A stretch of DNA of 64,000 bases, from the NCBI GenBank assembly GCA_052279835.1, contig CP181291.1, positions 5,824,001 through 5,888,000 on the forward strand. The letters run 5' to 3'. Under the pieces are notes generated by a model. The model had not been told where the DNA came from. It did no database searches and saw only the letters and a program-made list of their open reading frames with translations. Shown piece by piece: positions 37,963-48,095 of the stretch; the first letter of the stretch is position 1, and every line of letters starts with the position of its first letter. This DNA is from Microcoleus sp. GTDB lineage: Bacteria > Cyanobacteriota > Cyanobacteriia > Cyanobacteriales > Microcoleaceae. A program made the position numbers and the translations under genes.

Positions 37963-40900
37963 ATGCGTCCACTTGAACTTTCGATCGAAGGATTTACCAG
38001 TTTCCGCAACGAACAGCGTTTGGATTTTTCCGAACTGGATTTATTTGCAATTACTGGTCCTACCGGTGCCGGTAAATCTTCCTTGCTAGATGCGATGACT
38101 TATGCTCTTTTTGGTACGACAACTCGTAGCGGAAAACAAGTAAGTGATTTAGTAAGTCAAGGGAGTGAAAATTTAAAAGTTCAGTTGCGTTTTGTTGTGG
38201 GTTCCTCCCAGTATCGGGTGACGCGAAAGTGGCGCTACCGTCCTAAAGCTCCTGAAAATAAGGTGATTTTGGAAAGTTGGCAACAGGGCGAATGGGAAAC
38301 TTTAGAAACCAGTATTGTTGCTGTCCAAAAAATTATTGAACAGATTTTAGGAATGGATTTTGATACTTTTACACGAGCGATTATCCTACCTCAAGGTAAG
38401 TTTGATGAATTCATTAAGGGTGATAAATCCAAACGTCGAGAAATTTTGCGACAGTTAGCGGGATTTGAGATTTTTGAGCAGATGCGGAAGGAAGCAACTG
38501 AACTGGCGAAGTTGTTGAAACAAGAGCGGGAAATGGTGGAACGTCAGTTAGTTGAGTTGAGCGCCCCCATCGCCGAGGAATTAACCCAAAGGCGATCGCA
38601 ACTGACAAGCTTAGAGCGGCAATTGCCAGAATTGGAACAGGAGTATATTAAATTACAAAAGGCTCTAGAGGAAGAAGAACAACTATTTTTACAAATCAGA
38701 AAACTGGAGAGTTTGCAACAGCAATTAACTCAATTAACAGCTAATTCTCAAGGGATAATAGTGCTGACGCAGCGCCTAGAAAGGTCGAAATCTGCCAATA
38801 ATTTACAGGCAGATTGGGCTTTGGTTCAACAAGCTCGCGGACAATATGTCACCGCGGAAAATAATGCTAAGGTGACGCAAGAACAACTAATCAAATCTCG
38901 CTCGGAATTAGCAGCACAGCAGCAGCAACTGGAGGCTGCACAAGCTACGAAAAAGGCTGTGGCAGTTAACATTAAAGCGCGTGAAGATGCTCTGGCTACT
39001 GCCAAAGTATATGAAGAACAACGCTGTCAATTAGAAAAAGAAGTGGCGATGGTTCAAAAAAAGGTACAGGAAAAATTGCGGATTTTAAAAGTAGTAGAGA
39101 AAGAACTGGAAGCTGCTAATCATAAAATGCAAACTTCGGGATTCCTGCTTACTCAAACAGTCGCACTGATGCAACAGTTTTCGGCGGGGGGACAATATTT
39201 GGAAAAGTTGCAGCAAGCATCACCTTTATTGATCGAATTTCAGTTATTACAAAAACAGGCGAAAAATCAACAGCAACAGTTAAATAAAAATGTCACAGAA
39301 CGGCAAAATCTCCAAGAGAATTATAGTCTGATTTCTGATAAATTAGCAGTAGCAGAAGCTAAGCTCAAAAAGTGCGTTGAGGAGTTAGAAGCAGCGGAAG
39401 CAGCTAATGCGGAAGCTGCGGATTTAGAGCGTGTGGCTGCTGTCAGAATGTCCTTGAATGCCGGGGATATGTGTCCGGTATGTGGGGGGTTACATCCTGA
39501 GAGCGATCGCCTGCCCTATTTAGCCAAGTCAAAGATTGTCGATCTCGCTCCTTTCCGTGAAAAAATAGCTACAGCCAATCAGGTTGTTAAGGTGATTCAA
39601 CTAGCGACAAGTGAAGCTAAAAGCTCTCTTTTAGCCAGTGAAAAAAAGGAGGCTGAAATTGCTCAGGGATTAAAAGAAAATCTGAAGATAGTGACAAAAA
39701 TACAGGAAAAAATTAATGATATAATGGATGCTTCTGACTGGGAAGCTGCTAAATTGCAGCAGGAGTTATTAAGTTTAAAAGAGAGCGATCGCCAATATCG
39801 AGAAACTGAACAACAGTTTCAACAAGCATCAATTGAATATGAAAAAAATCAACAATTATTGACTTTTTTAGAATCGACAACAGCAGCGAAACAAGAAGAC
39901 TATCAAAATGCGATCGCCGAAGCCGACCTCCGACAGCAACAGTTACGAAATTGCGCCAATGCGCTTTATCGAATTACCGAAGATCGACCTTACGATAATT
40001 TAGCAAAATCTCTAGAACAAGACAAACAAAACTTAGAAACCTTGCTCAACTCGGCAGAAAAGGATTATCAAACAGCCTATGCTAATACAATTCAAGCCAT
40101 AGAAATACATAAACAAGCCACCACGATGCTGGAAGCAGCTATTACCCAAAAACAGGAAATTAACGGAGATTGGCAAAAAAAATTAACCGAAGCTAATTTT
40201 ACAGAAGATACTTTTGTAGCAGCAGTTGTCCCACCTAAAAAACAATCTACCTGGGAAAGTGCCATTCGGGACTATCGGGAATCGAAAATCCAGTTAGAGA
40301 CCAGGGAAAAAGACTTGAACGAGCTGATTGCAGGCAAGACTACTAATGAAAATATCCTAGCACAGATGCGATCGGCAAAATATGTCGCCCAAGAAAACTT
40401 AAAACAAGCTAACAACAACCGTGCCGAACTATTAGTTTGGATAAAAGTAGCCGAAAAAAATCTCGAACAAGCCGAAAGACTGTCGCAACAAATCACCAAT
40501 TTAACAGAACAAGAGCAAACTTATCACACCTTAGCCCAAAATCTCAAAACCAACGAATTTCAATCCTACATCTTAGAACATTTAGAAGCAGAATTAGTCG
40601 GCAGCGCCACCTTGATTTTACAAGAATTAACCGAGAATCGTTACACACTAAAAATCCAAGAGGGTGAATACTGGGTAGCAGATAATTGGAATGGTGGGGA
40701 AGCCAGACGAGTGCGAACACTTTCCGGCGGCGAAACCTTTGCTACTTCCTTATCAATGGCCTTAGCTTTGTCGGAAAAGCTGTCTCAAGGTGCTCACTTG
40801 GGTAGCTTGTTTCTGGATGAAGGATTTGGCACTTTAGATGCAGAAACTCTCGAAAGTGTTACCCTAATCTTAGAATCTTTGCGGCAACAAGAAAGGCTAA

Positions 40901-41004
40901 TTGGAGTCATTACTCATGTTCGAGGATTGGGAGAAAGATTACCAGCACAGGTGAAAGTTTACAAATCCCCTAAAGGCTCTAGAATTGAAGTAAAAAAAGT
41001 TTAA
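37963..41004 (+). CDS. sbcC: SMC-like ATPase SbcC
   Basis: Walker A GPTGAGKSS, ILPQGKF, CPVCG zinc hook, LSGGE, FLDEGFGTLD; likely start is MRPLEL at 37963. Confidence 0.93.
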   Translation: MRPLELSIEGFTSFRNEQRLDFSELDLFAITGPTGAGKSSLLDAMTYALFGTTTRSGKQVSDLVSQGSENLKVQLRFVVGSSQYRVTRKWRYRPKAPENKVILESWQQGEWETLETSIVAVQKIIEQILGMDFDTFTRAIILPQGKFDEFIKGDKSKRREILRQLAGFEIFEQMRKEATELAKLLKQEREMVERQLVELSAPIAEELTQRRSQLTSLERQLPELEQEYIKLQKALEEEEQLFLQIRKLESLQQQLTQLTANSQGIIVLTQRLERSKSANNLQADWALVQQARGQYVTAENNAKVTQEQLIKSRSELAAQQQQLEAAQATKKAVAVNIKAREDALATAKVYEEQRCQLEKEVAMVQKKVQEKLRILKVVEKELEAANHKMQTSGFLLTQTVALMQQFSAGGQYLEKLQQASPLLIEFQLLQKQAKNQQQQLNKNVTERQNLQENYSLISDKLAVAEAKLKKCVEELEAAEAANAEAADLERVAAVRMSLNAGDMCPVCGGLHPESDRLPYLAKSKIVDLAPFREKIATANQVVKVIQLATSEAKSSLLASEKKEAEIAQGLKENLKIVTKIQEKINDIMDASDWEAAKLQQELLSLKESDRQYRETEQQFQQASIEYEKNQQLLTFLESTTAAKQEDYQNAIAEADLRQQQLRNCANALYRITEDRPYDNLAKSLEQDKQNLETLLNSAEKDYQTAYANTIQAIEIHKQATTMLEAAITQKQEINGDWQKKLTEANFTEDTFVAAVVPPKKQSTWESAIRDYRESKIQLETREKDLNELIAGKTTNENILAQMRSAKYVAQENLKQANNNRAELLVWIKVAEKNLEQAERLSQQITNLTEQEQTYHTLAQNLKTNEFQSYILEHLEAELVGSATLILQELTENRYTLKIQEGEYWVADNWNGGEARRVRTLSGGETFATSLSMALALSEKLSQGAHLGSLFLDEGFGTLDAETLESVTLILESLRQQERLIGVITHVRGLGERLPAQVKVYKSPKGSRIEVKKV

Positions 41005-41053
41005 GAATCGGAAAGTTCGGCGACGGATAACACATCAAAAAAACAAAGATTAT

Positions 41054-42223
41054 ATGAAAATCAACCCCACTAGAATGGAATCCGTACAGTCGCCAATTAT
41101 TCCTGTTGTCGGTGAACTAATCCGCCAAAATCCAGGGACTATATCTTTAGGACAAGGCGTAGTTTTTTACAATCCACCGCCACAATCCTTGGCAAAAATT
41201 CCCGAATTTCTCGCAAATCCCGACAATCACAAATACAAAGCTGTGGAAGGAATTCCAGCGCTACAGGATGCCATAGCAACCAAACTCAAAGCAGACAATG
41301 GTATTGAAATTAATCGAAACAACTCCATTGTGGTGACAGCAGGTAGCAATATGGGATTTATCAATGCTATTCTTGCTATCACGGCGGGGGGAGATGAAGT
41401 GATTATTCAATCACCCTATTACTTCAATCATGAAATGGCGATTATCATGGCAAATTGCCGTCCCGTCATCGTAGCCAGTGATGAAAATTATCAACTAAAT
41501 TTGGATGCAATTAAAACCGCAATTACTGACAAAACGCGAGCCATTGTCACGATTTCACCAAACAACCCAACCGGTGTAGTTTATAGTGTAAAATCACTCC
41601 GGGAAGTGAACGAGCTTTGTCGCCAACACAACATTTATCATATCAGTGATGAAGCCTACGAATATTTTACCTATGACGGGGTTAAACACTTTTCACCTGC
41701 TGCTTTTCCCCATAGCAGCGAACATACAATTTCCCTATTTACGCTTTCCAAAGCCTACGGTTTTGCTAGTTGGCGAATTGGGTATATGGTAATTCCCGAA
41801 AAATTGTTGGTTTCTGTTAGGAAAATTCAAGATACAATTCTGATTTGTCCCCCAGTAATTTCTCAGTATGTAGCCTTGGGAGCCTTGCAAGGGGGGCGAG
41901 AATACTGCGATAATTATGTCAGGGCGATCGCCTCCGTGCGACAACTCGTATTACAGGAACTCAATCACCTGCAAAACTACTGTACAATTTCGTCGGCTGC
42001 GGGAGCTTTCTACTTTTTCTTGAAAATTGAGACCCAAATCGATACAATGGAATTAGTGGAACAATTAATTCGCGAATACAAAGTGGCGGTGCTTCCAGGC
42101 ACAACTTTTGGTATGGAGAATGGTTGCTATTTACGCATCGCCTTCGGTGCCCTGGATTCAGAAACCTGCGTCGCAGGGATTAGCAGATTAGTTACAGGTT
42201 TGAAAACAATTTTAGGAGCATAA
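41054..42223 (+). CDS. PLP-dependent aminotransferase class I/II
   Basis: ISLGQG, SPNNPTG, ISDEAYE, LSKAYGFASWRIGY. Confidence 0.92.
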   Translation: MKINPTRMESVQSPIIPVVGELIRQNPGTISLGQGVVFYNPPPQSLAKIPEFLANPDNHKYKAVEGIPALQDAIATKLKADNGIEINRNNSIVVTAGSNMGFINAILAITAGGDEVIIQSPYYFNHEMAIIMANCRPVIVASDENYQLNLDAIKTAITDKTRAIVTISPNNPTGVVYSVKSLREVNELCRQHNIYHISDEAYEYFTYDGVKHFSPAAFPHSSEHTISLFTLSKAYGFASWRIGYMVIPEKLLVSVRKIQDTILICPPVISQYVALGALQGGREYCDNYVRAIASVRQLVLQELNHLQNYCTISSAAGAFYFFLKIETQIDTMELVEQLIREYKVAVLPGTTFGMENGCYLRIAFGALDSETCVAGISRLVTGLKTILGA

Positions 42224-42226
42224 AAA

Positions 42227-44110
42227 ATGGTAGCAACTAATGTGAATCCCACTACAAAATCTCAGCAATTAACGGCATCAAAACTGGCTGAATTGCGGGT
42301 GTTCATGGCACAGCATAACTTGGATTGCTATTTCATTTCAGCGGTGGACGAACACTTGAATTTATCGGTAGCGCCAGCTAAGCAAAGACGAGCTTGGATT
42401 AGTGGGTTTACTGGTTCCGCCGGTGATTTGTTGGTGGGGAAGAATTCGGCTTGGTTGTTTGTGGATTCCCGCTACTATGAACAAGCAGAATTGCAAATCG
42501 CTCCGGGACTAATGGAAATATGTAAACTGGGTTTAGAAGGTCATTTAAATTTAATTGAAACTTTAGAAAAACTAGCAGCGGAATCGACAGCGAATAAACC
42601 TAAATTGCGTTTAGGTTTCGATCCATTTAGTCTGTCGGTGGAGTCTTATCAAAATTGGCAGAGTAGATTGACGCAGGCGGGAATTGAACTGATAGCAATA
42701 TCCGAGAATTTAGTAGACAAAGTGCGATCGCACAATCTAGCACAAACAGCAGAAACCTTACCCGCCATTGACGAATCTCCCCTATTTAGTTTACCTGTAT
42801 CCCTGACTGGAGAAAGCACTGAACAAAAATTAACCAGAGTCAGGGAAGCGATGAAGCAAGCAAATATTGATGTGCTACCGATTACCAACCTCAATCAAAT
42901 AGCATGGCTGTTCAATCTCCGAGGCTCGGATATTCCTAACATTCCGATTTTTATATCCTATGCTATTGTCACTGCCAATATAGCTTTTTTGTTGACCAAC
43001 CCCCAGCGAGTTGCAGCAGAAGTTAAGCAAGAATTGCCTGGGGATGTAACCTTACTACCCTACGCAGAATACCAGTCTACTTTAGAAAAGTGTGTCAATT
43101 CGCCCCAAAAAATTAGGGTGCTTTTAGATCCCAAACATACTACAGCAGGGACTTATCAGTTAATCTTAAACCAGCAAAAAGTACAGAAAGATGCTGTGGA
43201 AATAGTTTTTGAGACTAATCCCATCGAAGGGATGAAAGCTCGGAAAAATCCTGTGGAAATCGAACAGATGAAATCTGCGAATTTCAAAGCAAGTAAAGCT
43301 AAAACTCTGACTTTTAAGTGGTTGACAGAACAACTAGAAACTGGTAGTATATTGACGGAATTTGATGTCAAAGAAACCGTCGAAAGATTTTATCAGCAGG
43401 AAACAGACTTTCAGACTTTAAGTTTTAGAACGATCGCCGGTGCGGGAGTCAATAGCTCGATCGTACATTACGGCACTCCCAGTCCAGAAGTGAGGCTGCA
43501 ACCAGGGGAACTACTGTTACTGGACTCAGGAGCGCAATATTTAGGGGGTACAACGGATGATACCAGAACCGTGGCGATCGGAGAACCAACGGCGCTACAA
43601 ATAGAACACTACACGACTGTTTTGATGGCACATATTAACTGTGCAATGCAGCAATTTCCCAAGGGGACAACCGGTGCGCAATTAGATGCGATCGCCCGTG
43701 GTGTATTATGGCAGCAACAACTGGACTACGGACACGGCACTGGGCACGGAGTCGGGGCATTTTTAGCCGTTCACGAAGGGCCAAACGGTATCAGCAAATC
43801 GGTACAATACGCCCTAGAACCGGGGATGGTAACTAGCATAGAACCGGGATATTATCAACCGGGATGGGGGGGAATTCGCATCGAAAATCTCTATGTTGTC
43901 AGAGAAATGGGGTCAAATAATGATACGGTTTGGTATGGGTTTGAACCGCTGACCTATATTCCCTTTGACCGGAAATTGATTAATGTCGATCGACTCTCAC
44001 AGACCCAACTGGCATGGTTAAATAAATATCATAGTGCGGTAGTGGAGAAGCTAGCAACGGTGTGCGATACAGCAACTGTAGAGTGGTTAAAAAAAGCCAC
44101 CGCAATCTAA
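42227..44110 (+). CDS. pepP: Xaa-Pro aminopeptidase (M24B, aminopeptidase P)
   Basis: ISGFTGSAG, DSRYY, LLDSGAQYLGGTTDDTRT, HGTGHGVG..VHEGP, SIEPGYY..GIRIEN. Confidence 0.88.
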   Translation: MVATNVNPTTKSQQLTASKLAELRVFMAQHNLDCYFISAVDEHLNLSVAPAKQRRAWISGFTGSAGDLLVGKNSAWLFVDSRYYEQAELQIAPGLMEICKLGLEGHLNLIETLEKLAAESTANKPKLRLGFDPFSLSVESYQNWQSRLTQAGIELIAISENLVDKVRSHNLAQTAETLPAIDESPLFSLPVSLTGESTEQKLTRVREAMKQANIDVLPITNLNQIAWLFNLRGSDIPNIPIFISYAIVTANIAFLLTNPQRVAAEVKQELPGDVTLLPYAEYQSTLEKCVNSPQKIRVLLDPKHTTAGTYQLILNQQKVQKDAVEIVFETNPIEGMKARKNPVEIEQMKSANFKASKAKTLTFKWLTEQLETGSILTEFDVKETVERFYQQETDFQTLSFRTIAGAGVNSSIVHYGTPSPEVRLQPGELLLLDSGAQYLGGTTDDTRTVAIGEPTALQIEHYTTVLMAHINCAMQQFPKGTTGAQLDAIARGVLWQQQLDYGHGTGHGVGAFLAVHEGPNGISKSVQYALEPGMVTSIEPGYYQPGWGGIRIENLYVVREMGSNNDTVWYGFEPLTYIPFDRKLINVDRLSQTQLAWLNKYHSAVVEKLATVCDTATVEWLKKATAI

Positions 44111-44111
44111 T

Positions 44112-44458
44112 TTAACGTCTATTCCTCGCAATTTTAAACCGTTTGTAATTGCGAGGCGAACCTGTTCATCCATGGGGTGCATCTCTATTTTGCAAGTATA
44201 TTCGTAGGGGCGAAGCATGACCGCAGACAATTTATTAGTGATAACCAGAGATTTACAGCGGTCATGCTTCGCCTATGCAAAATCGGGATGCTCCCCATCC
44301 ATGTAAAGGCGATCGCCTGTAAAGTTACCACCCTGGAATTGTTCAATAATTGGCTGAGTATCTAACCGGATATTGCGATATTTTTTGGATAATTCCCGTA
44401 AATTACGTTTATACTCAGGCGTTAAATCAATCTGGAGAAAAGGCGTGTTATTCGACAT
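44112..44458 (-). pseudogene. Truncated RelE/ParE-type toxin fused at a HIP1 site to a DUF5615-like fragment, interrupted by a MITE
   Basis: IDLTPEYKRNLRELSKKYRNIRLDTQPIIEQFQGGNFTGDR is RelE-like. With the MITE removed the frame continues LYMDEQVRLAITNGLKLRGIDV, a DUF5615-like N-terminus. Confidence 0.7.
44175..44295. mobile_element. 121-bp MITE with 8-bp target duplication, carrying a GTAG-REP-like hairpin
   Basis: TSD CATCCATG at 44167-44174 and 44296-44303; imperfect TIRs GGGTGCATCTCTATTTTGCA / TGCAAAATCGGGATGCTCCC; internal GTAGGGGCGAAGCATGACC..GGTCATGCTTCGCC. Confidence 0.85.
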
Positions 44459-44702
44459 CTATTCCCTCCCACATTTCAGAAAGGGGGATGCGTTGTCCAG
44501 ATTTAGCTTGCTTTAATGCTCGCAGCAGACTCGCTTTTACTTCTTCAATGGGAGTATCATCAGGATCGATTTCAACTTCCTCAGTTACTTCTGGAAAAAG
44601 TACGATCGCTCGCACGCGACTAGGGGGTAATTTTTCAATGGGGTAATCGAGGGACAATTGACCTTTTTCATCTAGGGTTCCTGTGACTTCAACTGCTTTC
44701 AT
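44448..44702 (-). CDS. Antitoxin of the RelE-type module
   Basis: MKAVEVTGTLDEKGQL.LD..DPDDTPIEEVKASLLRALKQAKSGQRIPLSEMWEGID; overlaps the toxin start. Confidence 0.75.
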   Translation of the reverse strand: MKAVEVTGTLDEKGQLSLDYPIEKLPPSRVRAIVLFPEVTEEVEIDPDDTPIEEVKASLLRALKQAKSGQRIPLSEMWEGIDVE

Positions 44703-44762
44703 TTGTTTGTCCTCAACTTGGGATATATTATATTACATTCACCATTAGATTTTAAATTGAAA

Positions 44763-46127
44763 TTAGATGGCAAAATGTTCAGTAATTTCGGCATCTTCCA
44801 GGGCTACTTGAATGCTGAAAGGCTCTCCTGCTTCACCGCTGAATTCCAATTGAATCCAATTATCGGCACTCCGCGCTTCAGCCTCCAAAAAAACATCTCC
44901 CGATTCACCATCGATTACAATCAGTTTTATCCCCGCTGGCAGATATGTTTGTGTAGCAGATCGGGGATACAATCTAATCAGAACTTCGGTTTTTTTAGCA
45001 TTTTTTTGGCAATTCACAATCAATACCACAGGATAACCAGCCAAGGAGATTTCTCTCACCTTACTCGCGTTAAGAGTTGGCGATTCGGTGTCAGCATTGC
45101 GGGAACGAGGGGCGCTGGCAAATCTAAAAATTAGATTTCCTTCTTTGTTGCTTAAAAATGATTCGAGACTCTGCCAGTTGTATTGAGAATTAGTTTCAGA
45201 TTTTTGCAACCATTCATTTAAACTTATTATACCAGTAGTATTTGTAGATGGGGGAACCATTGCAGCTTGTGGAATTGGCGCTGTGGCATCACTGCTTTGA
45301 TTAGTGGGAGATTCGGAATTAACCGATGTATCTGAGTCATCACTACCCCAGATTTCATCTAACTTTTCGAGCAACTCTTCTGCTAAATCTTGCAACTCAG
45401 TTTGTTGTGAATCATCAGACTCTTCTCTGTCCACAACAGGTGCGCCACCTCTGAAGGCAAAACCTGGTTGTGCAGGCACGTAACTCGCTAAAAACTCCCC
45501 GCCGGCATAGCGTCGTTGGTATTTATTATAGGTGCGATATATCCGCTCCATTTCAGTGACGATTTCAGGCAGAGATTGCTCGTTCAATCTCTCTCTAACT
45601 TTAACAGCTACGGGGTTATGACTCTGAAAAAAATCTAGGGCTGTTTCTAGTCGGTGCAGGTGGTCTAAAAATGCTTCTAGAGGCTGAAAACTATCACAAG
45701 AAACTTGCTCCATCATTTCTAAAGGGTTGATGGTTGGGTAAAAGCCAAAGAGAGTTGCTTCTCTCGATGATTCATCTATTTCTACCGCCATATAGCCGAT
45801 CCGATTTTCCCAAGTATCCGTCGGAATATAACAGTTTTCATCAGTTGGTAACACGGGACGGCATTCTAGTTTCCCAATACCTGTGATTTCGAGATCGGCT
45901 ACATCCATCAAAGTTTGCATGACTGGGTTTAGACTATCGGAAGCTTCTAAATCGGTTTCAATTCCCAAACACTGACAGTAGGTATCGACTGCATAAACTG
46001 CCAAAGTATTTAGATAAACTTGTCTGGCTTTTGCTGGGTTTTCATATTGCTGTTGAAAGGATTTTGCTAGTTTCAATGCTTTGGATGTCAGGGGTACTGC
46101 AAACATCGGGCGACTGGTGTATGTCAT
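44763..46127 (-). CDS. DUF1822 family protein
   Basis: KARQVYLNTLAVYAV..DVADLEI.G.GKLECRPV..RIGY.AVEID and C-terminal LPAGIKL..EAEARSADNWIQLEFSGEAGEPFSIQVAL. Confidence 0.85.
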   Translation of the reverse strand: MTYTSRPMFAVPLTSKALKLAKSFQQQYENPAKARQVYLNTLAVYAVDTYCQCLGIETDLEASDSLNPVMQTLMDVADLEITGIGKLECRPVLPTDENCYIPTDTWENRIGYMAVEIDESSREATLFGFYPTINPLEMMEQVSCDSFQPLEAFLDHLHRLETALDFFQSHNPVAVKVRERLNEQSLPEIVTEMERIYRTYNKYQRRYAGGEFLASYVPAQPGFAFRGGAPVVDREESDDSQQTELQDLAEELLEKLDEIWGSDDSDTSVNSESPTNQSSDATAPIPQAAMVPPSTNTTGIISLNEWLQKSETNSQYNWQSLESFLSNKEGNLIFRFASAPRSRNADTESPTLNASKVREISLAGYPVVLIVNCQKNAKKTEVLIRLYPRSATQTYLPAGIKLIVIDGESGDVFLEAEARSADNWIQLEFSGEAGEPFSIQVALEDAEITEHFAI

Positions 46128-46144
46128 GGCTGTTTTCTCCTAAT

Positions 46145-47416
46145 TTACTCTGCGGTATTGTTTGTATTTCGGCTAGTGCGCCTCTGCCGTTTGGGTATCA
46201 GTTGAAAGTAACTGATACCGTCGAGGTAAAAATATATTAGTTCGGTGACATTGACTTGTAACTGTCTGGCGAAAATTGTCCAAGATTGCACCCCTTCCAA
46301 TCGCGATCGAATTATTCCTTGGAAAGTAATCTTAGGGCGATCGGGCATTCTTCTTCTATTATAATTCCCTTCAGAGTCGGTGACAATTTGTTCGATCGCA
46401 GATTGTGACAAGGCTAATTTTGCTTCTAAATACTCTGGGATAATTGGCTGGAAATAATAGCAGGCACGGGTGTAAAAAGGACTGATGGTTGTCTGAGCGT
46501 TGACTATATTCCCAAAATGTTCTTGAATTTCTTTGAGGCTAGTCTGTTTATACTTTAAAATGGCGATCGCGCGAAAGTTAACATCAGGACAATTTCTAAT
46601 ATGCTTCCCGGTGAAAATGCCATCTGAATCTCGATCGATAATTTTAATCACCTCTGGAGATAGCTTTGAGTTGGCTTTGGTTTGAATTCGATCGAATCTG
46701 GTTTCACTGGCGCTATGATCATCTTGCTTGGCGGCAGGTGCATCTCCTGAAACTAGGTTGAGTCGCGGGCGGATGATATCAATAAACCGGAATTGTAAAT
46801 AACGAGCAAACCAGTTCCAAAACTTGAGAGGTCGATAAAGTTGTTGGACTTCATCGCAGAAAGTATTCCAGGTTTGTTGTAAATCAACTTCGCTATTTTC
46901 AATATTTTGGCATAAATTTTCGCAGTATTGAACTAGGCGTTGATTTTTTTCTGGCGGATAGGTTTGAGTTTTCTTGTTTTTGCGTCTTTGTATAAAGCTG
47001 CGGCGAAATCTGTCTACTTGTTTGTCAAATTCAGAATAAACTTCGGGGGTTCGCTGTGATGGTGATGTTTCGCTAAATTTCAGCCATGCTTGATACAACT
47101 TGGCATCGACTCCTTTGTTGAAAATATTAATGTTGTTTAATATCTCTTTTTGAGTATTTTGTAAAGCCTCCTTCCAATCTTCCTCAAAATCACCTTCTAA
47201 AATTGCCAGATATCTGTCGCAACACCGCTTTTTGATGCCAGCTAAGCGGCGTTTTGCTTCATCATCTGTAGGTTTTTTGTCACGTCGTAAGCTTGAGCCA
47301 GGAAACATAATATCCCACAACTGCTGTATAATTTTACGCCTTCTTTGATCGGTATTTTTGGGATATAATTGGGCTTGGGATACAAGTTCTTGGAGGAGGC
47401 GATCGAGTTCGTGCAT
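46145..47416 (-). CDS. Sigma-70/ECF-like protein of the type found next to DUF1822 genes
   Basis: LDRLLQELVSQAQLYP..EALQNT..NIN; W...YLQFRFIDIIR (sigma2-like); IDRDSDGIF..HIRNCPDVNFRAIA..SLKEI...TISPFY.R (HTH-like). Confidence 0.65.
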   Translation of the reverse strand: MHELDRLLQELVSQAQLYPKNTDQRRRKIIQQLWDIMFPGSSLRRDKKPTDDEAKRRLAGIKKRCCDRYLAILEGDFEEDWKEALQNTQKEILNNINIFNKGVDAKLYQAWLKFSETSPSQRTPEVYSEFDKQVDRFRRSFIQRRKNKKTQTYPPEKNQRLVQYCENLCQNIENSEVDLQQTWNTFCDEVQQLYRPLKFWNWFARYLQFRFIDIIRPRLNLVSGDAPAAKQDDHSASETRFDRIQTKANSKLSPEVIKIIDRDSDGIFTGKHIRNCPDVNFRAIAILKYKQTSLKEIQEHFGNIVNAQTTISPFYTRACYYFQPIIPEYLEAKLALSQSAIEQIVTDSEGNYNRRRMPDRPKITFQGIIRSRLEGVQSWTIFARQLQVNVTELIYFYLDGISYFQLIPKRQRRTSRNTNNTAE

Positions 47417-47565
47417 GGGCGATGAGGTTCAGTAAAAAAAGGATGTCCTCAATTATACCCAGAAAGCACCCCACCTCATCCATTTCCGAGTTATGTAGAG
47501 TTGCCGAAAACGATCGAAATGTCACACTGAAATCAATTTGTATTGTATTTAATAAAGTGAAACCT

Positions 47566-47656
47566 GGAGCATCCCGATTTTGCATAGGCGAAGCATGACC
47601 GCTGTAAATCTCTGGTTATCACTAATAAATTGTCTGCGGTCATGCTTCGCCCCTAC
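47566..47656. repeat. Partial, inverted copy of the 44175 MITE
   Basis: Exact reverse complement of 44204-44294 (91 bp), lacking the other TIR. Confidence 0.9.
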
Positions 47657-47897
47657 AAATGCTGAAATTGAAAAAAACTACTGCAATATTTCGAGTTTGT
47701 TCTGGTGCGGCTTGGGAGAGAATGTTGTTAGCCCAGTTTTGGTACTGTGCAACTAAGGTTCGATTGAGTTTGTCTTGATTAGTCGCCAGGATGGGATAGA
47801 TGATTTTTGCATCACCATTGCTGTCAGAGGTGGCTTGCAATATTTCAACTAAAAAGGCGATATATTCTTGATTGTCTTGCTGGTGTTGTTGGTTCAT
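47657..47897 (-). pseudogene. N-terminal fragment of a cyanobacterial TPR/CHAT-type protein
   Basis: YIAFLVEILQATSDSNGDAKIIYPILATNQDKLN..WA...IA..NFS resembles the N-terminus of cyanobacterial TPR-CHAT proteins; it breaks off at the repeat. Confidence 0.55.
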
Positions 47898-48095
47898 GTT
47901 TTTTTGGTAGTTTTGTGCGTCTATTGTGAATCAGCTTTTTTTTTGAACCGCAGAGGGCGCAGAGGGCGCAGAGGAGTTTTCAGGGTGGGAATGAGGGGGG
48001 AGAATTATAGAGATCCCCCCAGCCCCCCTTAAAAAGGGGGGAGTAAGATTCTGAAGGCGGCTCGGAATTTAATGGGAAACTCCAGCAAACAAGCC

